64,000 nt of DNA, from NCBI RefSeq assembly GCF_009914755.1, contig NC_060941.1. One strand, written 5' to 3'. The position numbers and the translations under genes are program-made. Of this stretch, positions 1 to 22,449 are shown piece by piece (the first letter of the stretch is position 1; each line of letters starts with the position of its first letter). The notes under the pieces are model-generated. The model searched no databases and was not told where the DNA came from. It was given only the letters and a program-made list of their open reading frames with translations. This DNA comes from the human T2T-CHM13v2.0 reference genome, Homo sapiens.

Positions 1-16
1 GAAACATGCACAATAA

Positions 17-391
<375 letters not shown>

Positions 392-1272
392 GGAAAAACT
401 CTTATTTTATTATGAAACAGTAAGAATTTAGTTTGGATAAGAACATGGTAAGGAGAGGATGGGAAGCATTTTGTAGTATCATTTGCAGCTGGGTAACATT
501 GCTTCTGGTAAAAATAAGGAAAAACAAGTGAGCATCTGGCTCTGAAATCAGTCTGTGTTCCCATTCTAAATTATAGAAGTACAAGATTGGTGAGTAGCAA
601 CCACTGGTTTAGAGATCGTGCGTGCAGGCCAGGTGAATCTTTTATGTATAACAAGGGTGGGTTGAGTCAAATGTGAGTCAGGTATAAGTGGAAACAGTTT
701 CATTACCTTTGGTAGGGAGGCCATAACTAATAATTTTTAATGACCAGTCGTGAGCTGCGATTTTAATGGGATTAAACTTGAATATCTCCAAATATGTATT
801 AATTACATTCAATTAATCATTATGTGCTAGCCATTATTTTAAAGACTACATGTATTAAGTCACTCTCTTACCAATAGTGAAGTAGGCACTATTACTGGCT
901 CTATTTTATTGATGGGGACACAAGTGTAGGGAGATTAAAGGCCTTGCCTAAAGCCAGGCACTCTACCCCAGGTCCTACACGCCTCACCCATCTGCCAGGT
1001 GCCTGGGCTTTCTACTCTCCTACTCACAATTAGTCCCAGCCTCATTCTGGCATCAGGTGGCAGGTATATGACTGTGGGCAGATGGTTGGTTACGATTATG
1101 ATAATTCATTATTACGACATCTGGGTGATTGTTTTTTAAATTTTGCTGATCTCATCTTGTAGGCCTTAGAAATTAAAGTGCTGTACAAGTCTGCCTCAGT
1201 TTATGAAATAGTTGGATCAGAGAGGTTGTAAACAAATTGAATAGAAAGTGAAGTTCAAATGGCCAGAATGCC

Positions 1273-1545
1273 TTTTTTTTTTTTTAATTTTTTTTTGAGA
1301 TGGAGTCTCGCTCTGTCACCCAGGCCGGAGTGCAGTGGCTCGATCTCGGCTCACTGCAACCTCAGCCTCCAGAGTTGCTAGGATTACAGGCGTGAGCCAC
1401 CACACCCAGCTAATTTTTGTATTTTTAGTAGAGACGAGGTTTCACCATGTTGGCCAGGCTGGTCTCAAACTCCTGACCTCAGGTGATCCACCCGCCTTGA
1501 CCTCCCAAAGTGCTGGGATTATAGGCATGAGCCACCGGGCCTGGC
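1273..1545 (-). mobile_element. Alu SINE with internal deletion and TSD ccagaatgcct
   Basis: Alu consensus; TSD at about 1263 and 1546. Confidence 0.9.
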
Positions 1546-1573
1546 CCAGAATGCCTCTTAAATTTTGCAGTCA

Positions 1574-1958
<385 letters not shown>

Positions 1959-3350
1959 TCATTTTACAGATGAGGAAGTAGAACCCTGGAGAGGGACAGT
2001 GACTTAGCCTTTGTGTTTCTTATCAATTCAATCCTATTCAAACCACATTCCCATCCAGAAAAGTGCTTAGAAGGAAGCGAAGGGCATTGCTATGAATTTC
2101 AATTTCAAATTAAGTACAAATTTGGATATCCTTTGGTCAATAAATTGGTTATCTAGCCAAAGCCTTTCTGAAATTAATAATATGCTAACAGGATATTTGT
2201 TTCTGGATGTTTGCTTAAAGTGCTCTTGCAGCAGTGGGGCTTCTATTTCACAATAGCGAGGCTTTATCTTTTGATTAAAAATTAACAGGAAAAATATTCT
2301 TGGATTTTCCATTGTAAGTAAGATAAATTCTTACCCTGGAGTTGCCTTTATTAATCATAATATCAAGACTTATTTGTCTTTGAAGGCCTGTGTGTCAGGG
2401 CAGCGCCACATCTAGGAGGTTAAATGTGACAAACGTTTAGTAGTCCACATAGAGCCAAGAGCACTAGGCTTTGGGCTCCTATAAAAGCCCAAGATGGGAA
2501 GCCTTAAACTCTGCTTCTTTTCTCTGCCTGTAGCCAGGTCAGCATGGATCCGCATCCTTTTTATTTGACAAGGTAATTACAAGCGTGGGGCCCAAGCTAG
2601 AACTGAGACGCTAAAACCCTGCATAACCAAGAAGCTACTAGGTAGTTTGTAGTTTGGGGCAGAGTTTGTTCTTCCACTAAAATCCTGTCTCCTAAAATAA
2701 ACCAAAAATTAGAATTAGGGGAGTTAAGGAACTTGTTTGTCATATTGGAATTAAAGTGTCCAAAATTACATCGCCACAGAGGTTAGATTTACTTCCCCTT
2801 TCACTCCCACCCCCACCCCGCAAAAAGAAGAGGGAAATTCAATTCATTTCTGCATTTGAGGGAATCTGGCCTTTGGAGGAGTTTGGTGTGTAGTTGCCAT
2901 TACAAAAGGGAAAGTGTCAGGATGGTTTTCATGTGTATTTGTTTTTTTAAACAAAGAATGATATTGTTGACAGAAATGTCACATTTGTTCATTCAGCGAA
3001 CACCCTGAGTGCCTACCAAGTGCCAGATACTTATTGTTGCTCCTGACAGTGGCCAACACACCTGGATGTGTTATCTTGGAATTATGAACAGATTCTGGGT
3101 AACACAAAGAAGGGGCTGGAAGAGTTGAGAAAATTTCAGAGAAGGGAACATTTGAGTTAGGGATAGTAAGTTTTTATTAAATGACCACCTAGGCTGTGTC
3201 ACAAAAGCCAGCTGGACATGCCATCTGCTGCCGGGGTAGTGGGGGGTGGCTAATTAATGACAGGCTCCTCCAGTGTATTTTCAAATGAGCTAGCGCCGAG
3301 CCTGTTGAGGGCAAGTGGCTGTAATTCATCATGATCGTTTTCTTTTTCAG

Positions 3351-4641
3351 TTTAGAAACCTGCTGAAGTGGTATGCTAAGGAGTTCAAAGACCCACTGCT
3401 ACAGGAGCCCCCAGCCTGGTTTAAGTCCTTTCTGTTTTGCGAGCTTGTGTTTCAGCTGCCTTTCTTTCCCATTGCAACGTATGCCTTCCTCAAAGGTTGG
3501 TAAATGGTGGGAAAATCCCATTTTTACTCAGAAATCAGGTCCCAGAAATCTTTTGGGAAAGTATCTCCAAAGGGAAGGGGATGGTCCCCATAGTTTGTGG
3601 GAGAATGCTACAGGATCTGGGGTAAATAGCCAGGGTAGATCTTGTAAAGGGACATTAGTGTGGCTCAGGCTCATGTCTGTGGTCAGCAGGCCTGCACGGC
3701 TGCCTCAGTCGTCTGGAAATCCCTTGCATACACATGAAGCCTGAGACCACTTAAACAATGAGCTTGTTCCCTTTTGTTTTGTTCCCCAACAGAATTAATT
3801 TCTCTTTTTGTTGGCTTTTATTTCTCTGCGTTGGATAGTATCATACTGACTTATAAGCTGTAGCATCAGGCTAATCCCTAATGTGCTTCTCATTTTAAAA
3901 TTATTCTTAGTGTTCTCATATAATCAATGCTTTTTTAAAAAGGTGACCATACACGTGTACTTGATAAGCTAAAACCACTGAAAATGCTCGTTTCCCATTG
4001 GCACCCCCTGGGGTCACTGAATCTGCCTTCTGATCCTCTCACCTATATATAATTACTGAACAAACAGATGCCATGGGGCAGGGATTTCCCTCCCCTTGGA
4101 TTTTGTACCACACAGGTTTAACCGGTAATGGCAGTTTTATTGCCCTAGAGCTTTTCCGAGTTATGTTCTGACCCCCATTCTTGGTTCTTTGGCGAGCTGT
4201 CGGTGAGCTGTCACGTAAGTCTGCATGTTGGGCAGTGTGGCACATCCAGGTTTCCAGTTCCGAGTTTCCACTTGGAGAAGGGAGTAGAAGAAAGCAGGCA
4301 GGCAGAGACAGTGGGAAGGTCATGGACACCTTTGAGTCATGAACAGACCTAACCATTTTTCTTTTCCCCTGACTACCTCAGGAAGCTGCAAGTGGATTCG
4401 AACTCCTGCAATCATCTACTCTGTTCACACCATGACAACCTTAATTCCGATACTCTCCACATTTCTGTTTGAGGATTTCTCCAAAGCCAGTGGTTTCAAG
4501 GGACAAAGACCTGAGACTTTGCATGAACGGTTAACCCTTGTGTCTGTCTATGCCCCCTACTTACTCATCCCATTCATACTTTTAATTTTCATGTTGCGGA
4601 GCCCCTACTACAAGTATGAAGAGAAAAGAAAAAAAAAATGA
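3351..4641 (+). CDS. TMEM97: Sigma-2 receptor/MAC30 (EXPERA-domain ER membrane protein), exons 2-3; exon 1 is upstream of the window
   Basis: Exon 3351-3495 (ttttcag|[17 protein letters not shown]...AFLK|gt) and exon 4382-4641 ([17 protein letters not shown]...[11 protein letters not shown]); splice phases agree; C-terminal dilysine ER-retrieval motif. Confidence 0.96.
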
Positions 4642-4812
4642 AGGAAACAACCACTGGCCCAGGGTAGAGATGCCTACAGGGTGGTTGCTTGTTGGATACA
4701 ATACAAGGAACACTGCTCAGAACCCACGTCTTCAGCAGCATTTGAAACACTGGCAGCAATGCACAAGAGCAAGATGGTGTCAGGAACCATGTCAAACCCT
4801 CACCTTCTTCCA

Positions 4813-5119
4813 TTTTTTTTTTTTTTTTAAGACAGTCTCACTCTGTTGCCCAGGCTGGAGTAAAGGGCAGTGGCATGATCTCGGCTCACTGCAACCTCCG
4901 CCTCCTGGGCTCAAGCCATCTTCCTTAGCCTCCCAAGTAGCTAGAACTACAGGTGTGTACCAACACGTATGGCTAATTTGTTTTGTTTTTTTTGTGTGTG
5001 TGGAGACAGGGTTTTGCCATGTTGCCCAGGTTGGTCTCGAACGCCTAGGCTCAAGTGATCTGCCCACCTCAGTCTCCCTAAGTGCTGGGATTACAGACGT
5101 GAACCACTGGGCCCAGCCC
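4813..5119 (-). mobile_element. Alu in the TMEM97 3' UTR
   Basis: T16 plus Alu consensus; TSD-like caaacc(c/t)tcaccttct on both sides. Confidence 0.9.
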
Positions 5120-6052
5120 AAACCTTCACCTTCTAAGGGCACTGGGATGAACAGACCGATCGGCTTGAGGGTGGGCAAAGGGGTGTGGGCTAGGTTATAA
5201 GGAAGTGGTACCAAATAACTGTGTGCCTGAGTTCCACCGCAAGATTACTAAAAGCAGGACCAGACCAGAAACTGCTAAAGAACATGGCCTGTTTGACATG
5301 TTCATGAGTCACCTGACCCACAGCATATATGCTTATGACTAAACCCTCCACTCCTGATTCTCAAGAGTGTATCACCTGTCAGCAAAATGAATAGTGGGAT
5401 ATTTTGGGCCATTTTAAATGTGAAATTTTGCCTCTTTAATGTTAATTCAAAACTATATCAATGTTTTCTTGTTCCCACCTCTAACCCAAGGAAAAAAGAG
5501 AAAACATACTATGCAAAGGAAGTTTAAACTTAAGTTTTCCTTAAGGGTCAGCCCAACAATGACTTTCAGTCAAATGGATTAAACTGGAAAATGTTTTTGT
5601 TTCTGTTGTAAACAGATCATCCTAGGCGAAAGTTTTTTTTGTTTGTTTGCTTTTAAATTAGTTTATTTCTAAATCTTAGTCTTCCACATTTCTAGAGGCC
5701 ACCTGACACAAGTCCCTGTATCTGAAGTCTAGCATCTCAAGGCTGATCTGGAAGTGTGCTAGTATGCTCCCTAGTGGATAACTTAATCTTTTAATACAGT
5801 TCCGTCATTCCCATCTTGTTTTCAGAAGAGAAGGTGGCTACAGCCAGGCATAACATATCCACTGTGTGCATAGAGGGTCTCTTCACGTTGATGCTTGGCA
5901 TTCCATCAGCTTTCTCTAAGTCTTTGCTCAAGTTCAACCTTAAAATGATGTTAGACAACAGGTCCCAGTCAGTTCCCTCTATTTTCACCCATTTTGCTCA
6001 CAAGCCATATTGGCCCGATTAGTGGTACTGTCTGACTCACGTGTGTGATCCA

Positions 6053-6499
6053 AATAAAGGTAGCTGCTGACCACTGCCTGGTTTGTTTTGTGGACTAGGG
6101 GATAGAGAATCCAGGGTTCTCTCATGAGGAGTTAAACATATTTCAAGAGCAACAGGAAAAAAGGTACATCAAGCCATTTGAAAACAAAAATTTATTGCTT
6201 CTCCTTCCAAAGCTTTGTGAATTTACAAAAAAAAGGATGAAAGTTTACAAACTGCTTAGTTCCAACTAAGCATAAGAGGTGAGAACGTACACTGCAGGGC
6301 CACCAGCAGCAGCTGTGCACTGATGTTAAAACTGGCTCCCCCAGACTTGTAGTGCTGTCTTCAGGGGGCTGCATTCCTTACACGCCACCTCTTGTGACAT
6401 AGGTCATTGGTCAAGCCGCTGGAATGCTACAGAGGTTTTTTTGGTTTTGAGAGGCTTTTTTTTGTTTTGCCTTCCTACTATAAAAGCGAAATTTTCAGT

Positions 6500-6529
<30 letters not shown>
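6053..6529 (+). terminator. TMEM97 candidate polyA signals (AATAAA at 6053, 6512, 6524)
   Basis: Canonical hexamers downstream of the TMEM97 stop. Confidence 0.6.
6191..6196 (-). terminator. IFT20 polyadenylation signal AATAAA
   Basis: tttatt about 300 nt past the IFT20 stop. Confidence 0.7.
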
Positions 6530-9833
<3,304 letters not shown>

Positions 9834-9993
9834 GGCTGTAAAGAAACAGGCCCAATTCCTCATCACTTCCCAGCCACCCAAGGAAATGCCTGCTGCCAAG
9901 CCAGCCCCACTCCTGCCCTTGGACACCAATGCCAAAAACCCAGGTGTTCCAAAGGATCCCCGTTCCCTCTGCCACCACCTCTCTGAGCCTCAC

Positions 9994-10069
9994 CTGTTTC
10001 CCATCCAGGTTCCCTAGAGGAGTTCTGCTCTGAAGGAGTGACAGTGGCAGTCAGGAGGAGGTGTGTCAT
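9994..10069 (-). CDS. IFT20: Alternative upstream IFT20 coding segment adding 26 aa (MTHLLLTATVTPSEQNSSREPGWETA)
   Basis: ATG at 10069, donor GAAACAG|gtgagg at 9994; 76 nt plus 2 nt of the next exon is in frame with ATG 9833. Confidence 0.55.
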
Positions 10070-10917
10070 AGGAGCAAGGGTCAGGAAAGAATAAAGTCCG
10101 CTTGCTTGTCACAGGCATCGTTCATTCAACACACATTTCTTGAGTGCCTACTACATGCCAACACTGCTAGATGCTGGGGGTACAAAGATGAATGCAACAC
10201 GGTGCCCGCCCTGAAGAGCACATAGTTCAGCTGGAAGAAGACAGACACGGAAACTGAAAAACCACACTGCGTTAAATGCTTGTTTAGAAACATCAGTAAA
10301 GAGCCAGAGGAGGACAGAGCCATTAATGAAGGAGTGACATGTGAACTAAGTTGTAAGCCATCAGTGTATTTACTTTATATATCACCAGTTATGTACTGAA
10401 AAGCACATGAAAAGGCTTCTCAAATACATATACTGGAACAACACAAAAACCAAATAAAGGAAATCCGAGTAAATTAAAAATTATGGTTAAAAAATAAAAA
10501 GTCAGGAGTAAGAATATTACTCAAAACGTATGCTTGCCTGAATTGGGAATCAAAGTTGGGTCATTCTCTTCCTAGCAGAAAACACAAAAAGGAATGAAGT
10601 ATCAGCAAGAACATATCAAGGCAGGAGAACAGGGATAGGTATTCCAAGCAGAGAAAACAGCATGGACAAAGGCCTGAAGTCACTGAAAGGACCTATCTCA
10701 CCTAAGGACGAGAGGAAAAAGAATGGAGCTGGAAAGGTGAGCTGGAGCCAGACCAGGAAGACCCTGCATGCCAAGCTAAGGAGTTTGGATTTTTTCTGTA
10801 GGCAACAGAGAACTAACAGAGATATCTTCTCCCTTACCAAGCCACCTTGCATTCCTGTTCCAAAGGATGCCTCAATTCTAGGAAGGAAATACTGAAAACT
10901 CACTCTTGTTCTGGCTC

Positions 10918-10920
<3 letters not shown>

Positions 10921-10955
<35 letters not shown>
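10921..10955. repeat. (AC)17 microsatellite
   Basis: Perfect dinucleotide run in IFT20 intron 1. Confidence 0.95.
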
Positions 10956-10957
<2 letters not shown>

Positions 10958-11498
10958 TAAACATAGACATCTTTATGACCTGTTTAAAAAGGGAGGCAAT
11001 GCTACTTACATCTAGCAATTGGCTGCTATGCCAATTCTAAAACCCAGGTGCTCCAAAGTCTACCATCACCTGGACTTGCACCAGCCCCTTCCCTCTGCCC
11101 CCACTGCCCCCAGCCTCAGCTGTTTCCCTTCTGGCTTCCTTAGAGAAGTCCTGTTCTGAATGGGGTGATTCTGGGGTTGGCTGTCCAGGGCAGGTGTGCC
11201 AAGGAGGAGCAATGGCTGGAAAATAATCAAGTCTCACTGTTTCCAGAACTTCTGGTTTTTAAGATGACCAGAAATCCAGTACCTCAATGTTGGTATGTAA
11301 TTCAAAAATTTTAAGTAAGGGGGAAAACCCACATCCAACACTGCATGGGCCAACTAATACATGTCTATGAGCTGTCTGTAGACGACTCTGGCCTTTGGCC
11401 TCACTGGAATCCACTGATGTAAGTGAGCTAGCATCATCCTTTTGAAGCATTTTGTTCATCTGTAGCTTCCTTAAAATAGGGCTTTTTAAAAAGATCTG

Positions 11499-11817
<319 letters not shown>

Positions 11818-13187
11818 TCATTAATCTGACCAGCTGCTCCAGAAAGATTGAAGTAACATGAGGGAGCAAATATCTGCTTCAACTTCCACCCCCTTCCCTG
11901 AGAGCATGCATTTATTCAGAAACATCCACTCAGTCCCTGCTCTGGGGACAGACTAGTGAAAACAATGCCTCTGGACAGATGGTAAAGAAATAATCACAAA
12001 TCGTGATATTACTATAAGGAAAAGTACATGGTGCTGTGTGAAGTGCTGCAGGAGGACACAGTTCATGGGGGGCGGACTTGGAGGGGAGGGCCAACAGAGG
12101 CCTTCTGAAAAAAATGACACTTAAACAGACCTAAAGACTGTCCAAAAGTATGTCAAGTGAAAGGGGAAGCAAGGCATTGCAGGCAGAAGGAAACACGTAT
12201 GTGAAGATCCTGAGGCAACAGGAAATTTGATGCATTCCGAGAACAGAGACTGAGCAAGAGAAGGGAACAGAATGAGGCTAGACAGGGAGACAACAGCTGG
12301 ATCACCGAAGGCTCTGAAAGACGCAGTCATGAGCTTGGATTTTATCAGAAGGGTAATGGGACAGCCAGCGGGTTCTCAGCAGACCAACAAAATCAGACTT
12401 AGAAAGATCACTCTTGCTCAGCCTGAGAGAACCGATTGGAGGGAACAAGAGAGGGCAAAGCCCCAAGTACCTTCTTGTTCATCACTCTAACCCTAGCACC
12501 TAGCATGGTGCCCACACATAACTGGCACTCAGTAAATGTTTGTGGAATGAATGACCGTGGAAACAGGAGACTATTGCAGTAACCAAGGCTGGCAGCCGAA
12601 CACAAGTGTTCCGAGTTGAGATGTTTTGTAAGTCGAGGTGATGGGGCTTAGCAATGGACTGACTGAATGTGGGGGTTTGGGGATAAGAGAAAAACAAGTC
12701 AGGCATGACTCCCATGAATCTGGCTTGGCCCACCTATCTGATTGGAAGGGCTGGCTTAAAGAGATAGGTAAGATGGAAGAAGAGGTGCAGGGAAAGAGTT
12801 CACAGATTATCTACCAACTCCCATCACACGCGTGTCTGAGCATCTGAGCAACACCTGGCCCAAGAGCTGGGACTAAGCTCCCTGAGCATGAGGCGGTGGC
12901 ATACTTTCTGCGCCCCGGCTCTCCCAGATGCATGCGAGGCACTGCGAGCCGACTCTTTACTATGTAAACTCCCCGAACTTATCCGAGCCGCAGTTTCCTC
13001 GTAAGATCGTGGCAAGCATCAACGCATCAAACTCCAGGCCTAAGCTGGGTGTGAAAGCGCCCCCCTGAGAGTGGGGCGGAATTCCCACGTCTCTCCCCGC
13101 CCGGTACTGCCTTTCCTCAGGACGCGGGCCTGTCAGGCTCCTCTCGCCCCTGGTCCGCCCGCGTCCCCCGACCCGAGGTCAGCCTAC

Positions 13188-13310
13188 CTGCCGGCCCCGC
13201 GGCGGCAGCGCGCTGCAGCCCAGGCTGATGTAGACAGGCAGCTTCTCCTGGGTCAGCGACAGCCGGTACCCAGCCAGCCTGCCACGGCCGCTGCCACGGA
13301 TACAGAGCCT
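13188..13310 (-). other. IFT20: IFT20 non-coding exon 1 (5' end approximate)
   Basis: Donor GGCAG|gtaggc at 13188 inside the CpG island. Confidence 0.7.
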
Positions 13311-13579
13311 GTTTACCTATGACGTCACTACCTTCCTGACTCCGGAAGCACTTACAGCCCCCATTCCACAGAGCCTGCTGGGAAACAGAGGCCCGAGGGG
13401 AGGCCCGGCCTACAAGACCCAGAAGCCTTAGCGCCGGCAAGGCGGCCAGAAGTAGCTCTGCTCTCTCCGCGAAGACCCTCGGGGGATTCCGCCTCCACCC
13501 TTTCCCGGATAGAGCGCTATGCATGCAGGGACTTGTAGTCTCAGGCTCCCCAGCCGGCTGGGCTGGGCAGCACTCCGGG

Positions 13580-13704
13580 CGGAGTCGACGAGCGCAGGAT
13601 GTGAGCTCACAGCTTGGGACTGCTGAGGGGCAGGCGGCTGCAGGCTAGGGGCGGCTCGGAGTCCGCTGGCCACCCAGCTGAGAGGAGAGGCGCCCCCGGG
13701 GACG
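13580..13704 (+). other. TNFAIP1: TNFAIP1 non-coding exon 1 (5' end approximate)
   Basis: Donor GGACG|gtgaga at 13704; next acceptor tacag| at 17256. Confidence 0.7.
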
Positions 13705-15269
13705 GTGAGAGCCGGGCCCGCCGATGCCCTCGGGGAAGGGATGGACGGCCCCTGCTGGAGTAGAGCGAGCCCGGCCGGGTCCTGGGGGAAAAGGCGCGGG
13801 CGGCGTAGGGGAGATGGAGAGCTCCGATCTCCCACGGAGGGTGGGCGTGAGAACCGGTGTGGGTTTCTCGGTAGTGAGGAGTGGTCCGGGCTAGAGAAGA
13901 GCCCACACCGGCCACATTTCCCAGGACTTTTTGGGTGACGCTTAACCTTTACACCTAGGGTTTCTGCTAGATCCGCCACTCTAGCCCTCAGCTTTCCTCC
14001 CGCCGTCCTCCGTGTCTGACGGATTTCTGGGTCCTTCTTCCTTTTAGACCCCTCCTCTTTCCACCTCCGCGGCTGTTTGCCCTTTGTTGTGCTTGGGTTC
14101 CCATTAGCTTCGTTGCGTGAGCCACGGATCCGCCCTTAGCCCCGGGCATCCCCAAATATCCACACACAAAGTGCGGAAGGAAGAGCACTGTGGCTATCAG
14201 TGGAAACTTCATTCTCACTGGAATTACTTTCTGGGGCGTCACCTGCCACAGAATTCCTGGAACCCATTGGTCTGGGCGGAATGTGATTGACGTCATCCAG
14301 GGGCTCAAAGCAATTGCTTTGTAGGAAAGGAAGAGATTAGCTCTGGATCCGCCGACCTCTCTTGGCAGGCCTATCCTTTGAGCTCCTTTGCATTGGCAGA
14401 ACATGTATGTGTGCTTTCTCTGATCCTGGGAAAACTAGGACTAGACACAAAATACACAGGGAACTTGCTAATACCTGTTAGAGAGGTGGATTTATTCCTT
14501 TGAGGTGGGCGGGAAAAGGGAAGGTGATCTCATACCATTCTAGTGTTTCTTAGTCATTGGCAACCTCCTGGTGAGGGCTCACCTCCCATACCCAACCCCT
14601 GTGGCAAATGAAAGAGTCTCCCAGACAAGCCGCCAAAGGAATTCACTGCTTCACACAGCACCCACGCTGGCTGTCCACTTCCTTGGACATTCTTCCCAGG
14701 GACTTACCTAAATCTTTTCAGGGACAATTTCAGTCTAACAAACTGACGTATGTTAAATACTTAAAATGTGCATGGCATTGTGCTGAGCACCATTAGGGGA
14801 ACACAGCGGTAAACTTGGGAAACCAGTGCCCTGCTTCTGGGTTGCACTTACAAGGCATGAGCAACTGTAAACTCCTGCATGTGATGAGCATTCGGTGAAA
14901 TCATTCCACTTTTTTTCTGTCTCCATTATTACCAATGTGGTCCAGGCTGCCATCATCTCTTCTTGCCTAGACTACTGCTTCCTCTGGTCTTCCCACTTTC
15001 TCTCTTGCACCTTTACAATTCATTCTCTACCCAGCAGCAAGTTATCTTTTCAAAATACACTACAAGCAAGTCAGATCATATCACTCCCCTGCTTGCAACC
15101 CTCCAATTGATTCATATACTATATAGCAATTAGTATGAAATCCACCTTTGTTATCATCTAACGCCTGCCTTCCCTGACTTGACATCAAACCAACTTCCCC
15201 CTACTGTCTGTGCACCAGCCATTATGACCGTATTTCTGATCCTCAAACTTGTTTTAATTTTGTCATTGT

Positions 15270-15515
15270 TGAGATGAGATTTCCCTATGTCACCCAGGCT
15301 GACTTTCCCAGGCTCAAGCAGTCATCCCACCTCAGCCTCCCGAGCAGCTGGGACCACAGGCATGAGCCACCATATCTGGCTAATTTTTTTTTATTTGTAG
15401 AAACAAACTCTCACTATGTTGCCCAGACTGGTCTTGAACTCCTGGGCTCAAGCAATCCACCCACTTCGGCCTCCTAAAGTGCTAGGATTACAGGTGTGAG
15501 CCACCACACCCGCCC
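15270..15515 (-). mobile_element. Alu SINE (degenerate)
   Basis: Reverse-complement Alu consensus. Confidence 0.8.
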
Positions 15516-16796
15516 CCTAAAACTTGTTTCTAACAGGAACTTTGCACTTACTCTTCCATCTGTCTACAATGCTCTCTTCAAACCTCAGCTGAAATGTCAC
15601 CATCCCAAAGATGCTTTTCCTGTCCCTTTGTCTAAATTAGTGCCTCTCCCTAATCACTCTCATATCACTGTTTTATTATCTTTATTGCATTTATCAGGTT
15701 CTGGAATTATCTGCTTATTTATTTAAGTCCTTGTTGCTAGTCTGTTTCCTTCCACTAGAATGTAAGCTCCATGTGGACATGACTTTCTATATGTGTTCTC
15801 TTCTGAGTACCCAATGCCTGGCACGTAGGGGTACAATAAATGCTAGCTTTCTCTCTTTTTAAAAATTCCTGTTATGATGCTTCTTTGAACTGTTTGAAGG
15901 CAAAGACAATATTTTTTCATTGTTCCCTACTGCTTAACATAGTAGGCACTCAGTAGTTTAATTGCTGAATGAGTTAAATGAGCTAGTACATATTAAATGC
16001 CAAGAGATGGGGTCTTGCTATGTTGCCAAGGCTGGTCTTGACTCCTGGGCTCAAGAGATCCTCCCACCTCGGCCTACTGAGTAGCCAGGAGTACAGGCAG
16101 GTGGCAGCACACATCTCACCTCATTGTTTTTAGATTTATCCTCTGATCTTTTCTAGTCCTTTCTTCTCCCATTCTTATTGGGAGGGAAGAGGAGAGTAGG
16201 GCTGGGCTCCCTCTCAGGAAAAAGAAAGGAAAACAGCCATCCTATAGCTGTTCTTCCCTGAAAAATGGTGACAATTTCAGGAACTTGGGACAAGGCTGGT
16301 GCCAAGAAAGGGGAAGGTCAGGAAGCCCCAGCCGAAGCCCAGGTAACCTGCACCAAGAACACTGGCCGGCACCCCCGACCCTGGCTTACTGCATTCTCTC
16401 CTGAAGCTGCTTTTACTTTCCTTCCTGAAGCCAGACTCTCGGTGGTGCTCAAAATAAACACTGGCACAGACTGCTCTGGAGGCTGGAATCTTTAGAAAGG
16501 AAGTGCATCCTGTCCCTCTGGCTCCTGGGAAACTCCTAGACTGGCTGGATTCCCAGTAGGTTTGGTTGGAAGTCTGGGATCCTGGGAACCTTGACAAGAA
16601 AGTAACTGGAATCTGACTGGTAGATCTCTAGGGTGATCTGTTCCTCTGGCCCTCTCTAACTGGTTCCATGGGTTTGCTTGTCTTCCTCGCTGCCCTGAGT
16701 GGAGCTGAGTCTCAGGGAGGCTGATGAGGTGACCAGGGCAGGAGTCTGGGAGACTGCCTCCAGCCCTGGTTCCTGCTATAGTAAAAATGGCAGGGA

Positions 16797-17107
<311 letters not shown>

Positions 17108-17369
17108 GAAAGCAAAATGGCAGGGACTTAGCCTCTGCCAGGGAGCAGTGCTTGGGCTTGTCAGGGAGAGAATGAGTACGGTCGTGTTTCTGCTATTGTC
17201 TCCTCCTGGGCTGTCTCAGCTGGTTCGTGTCTTCTCTTCCCTCTCCCATGTACAGCACTGAGATTATGAGGCTCTGGCCTCCACTGGCCACTCACTCGTG
17301 ACCCTTTCCACCACGGCGGAGCCTTCCAAGCCTACCTCCTGCCGTGTGGTGATCTACCTGCAGCGGGAG

Positions 17370-22449
<5,080 letters not shown>

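Larger units (their letters stand above)
12860..14120. promoter_or_regulatory. CpG island / bidirectional promoter IFT20-TNFAIP1
   Basis: CpG-dense; FOX motif TGTTTAC 13310-13316, perfect CRE TGACGTCA 13320-13327, ETS CCGGAAG 13342-13348, ZNF143-type ACTACAAGTCCCTGCATGC (minus) 13521-13539. Confidence 0.85.

Noticed and set aside
13117-13979. ORFs of 100-183 aa in the IFT20/TNFAIP1 CpG island
   Set aside because: Pro/Arg/Gly-rich, as expected from stop-codon depletion in GC-rich DNA
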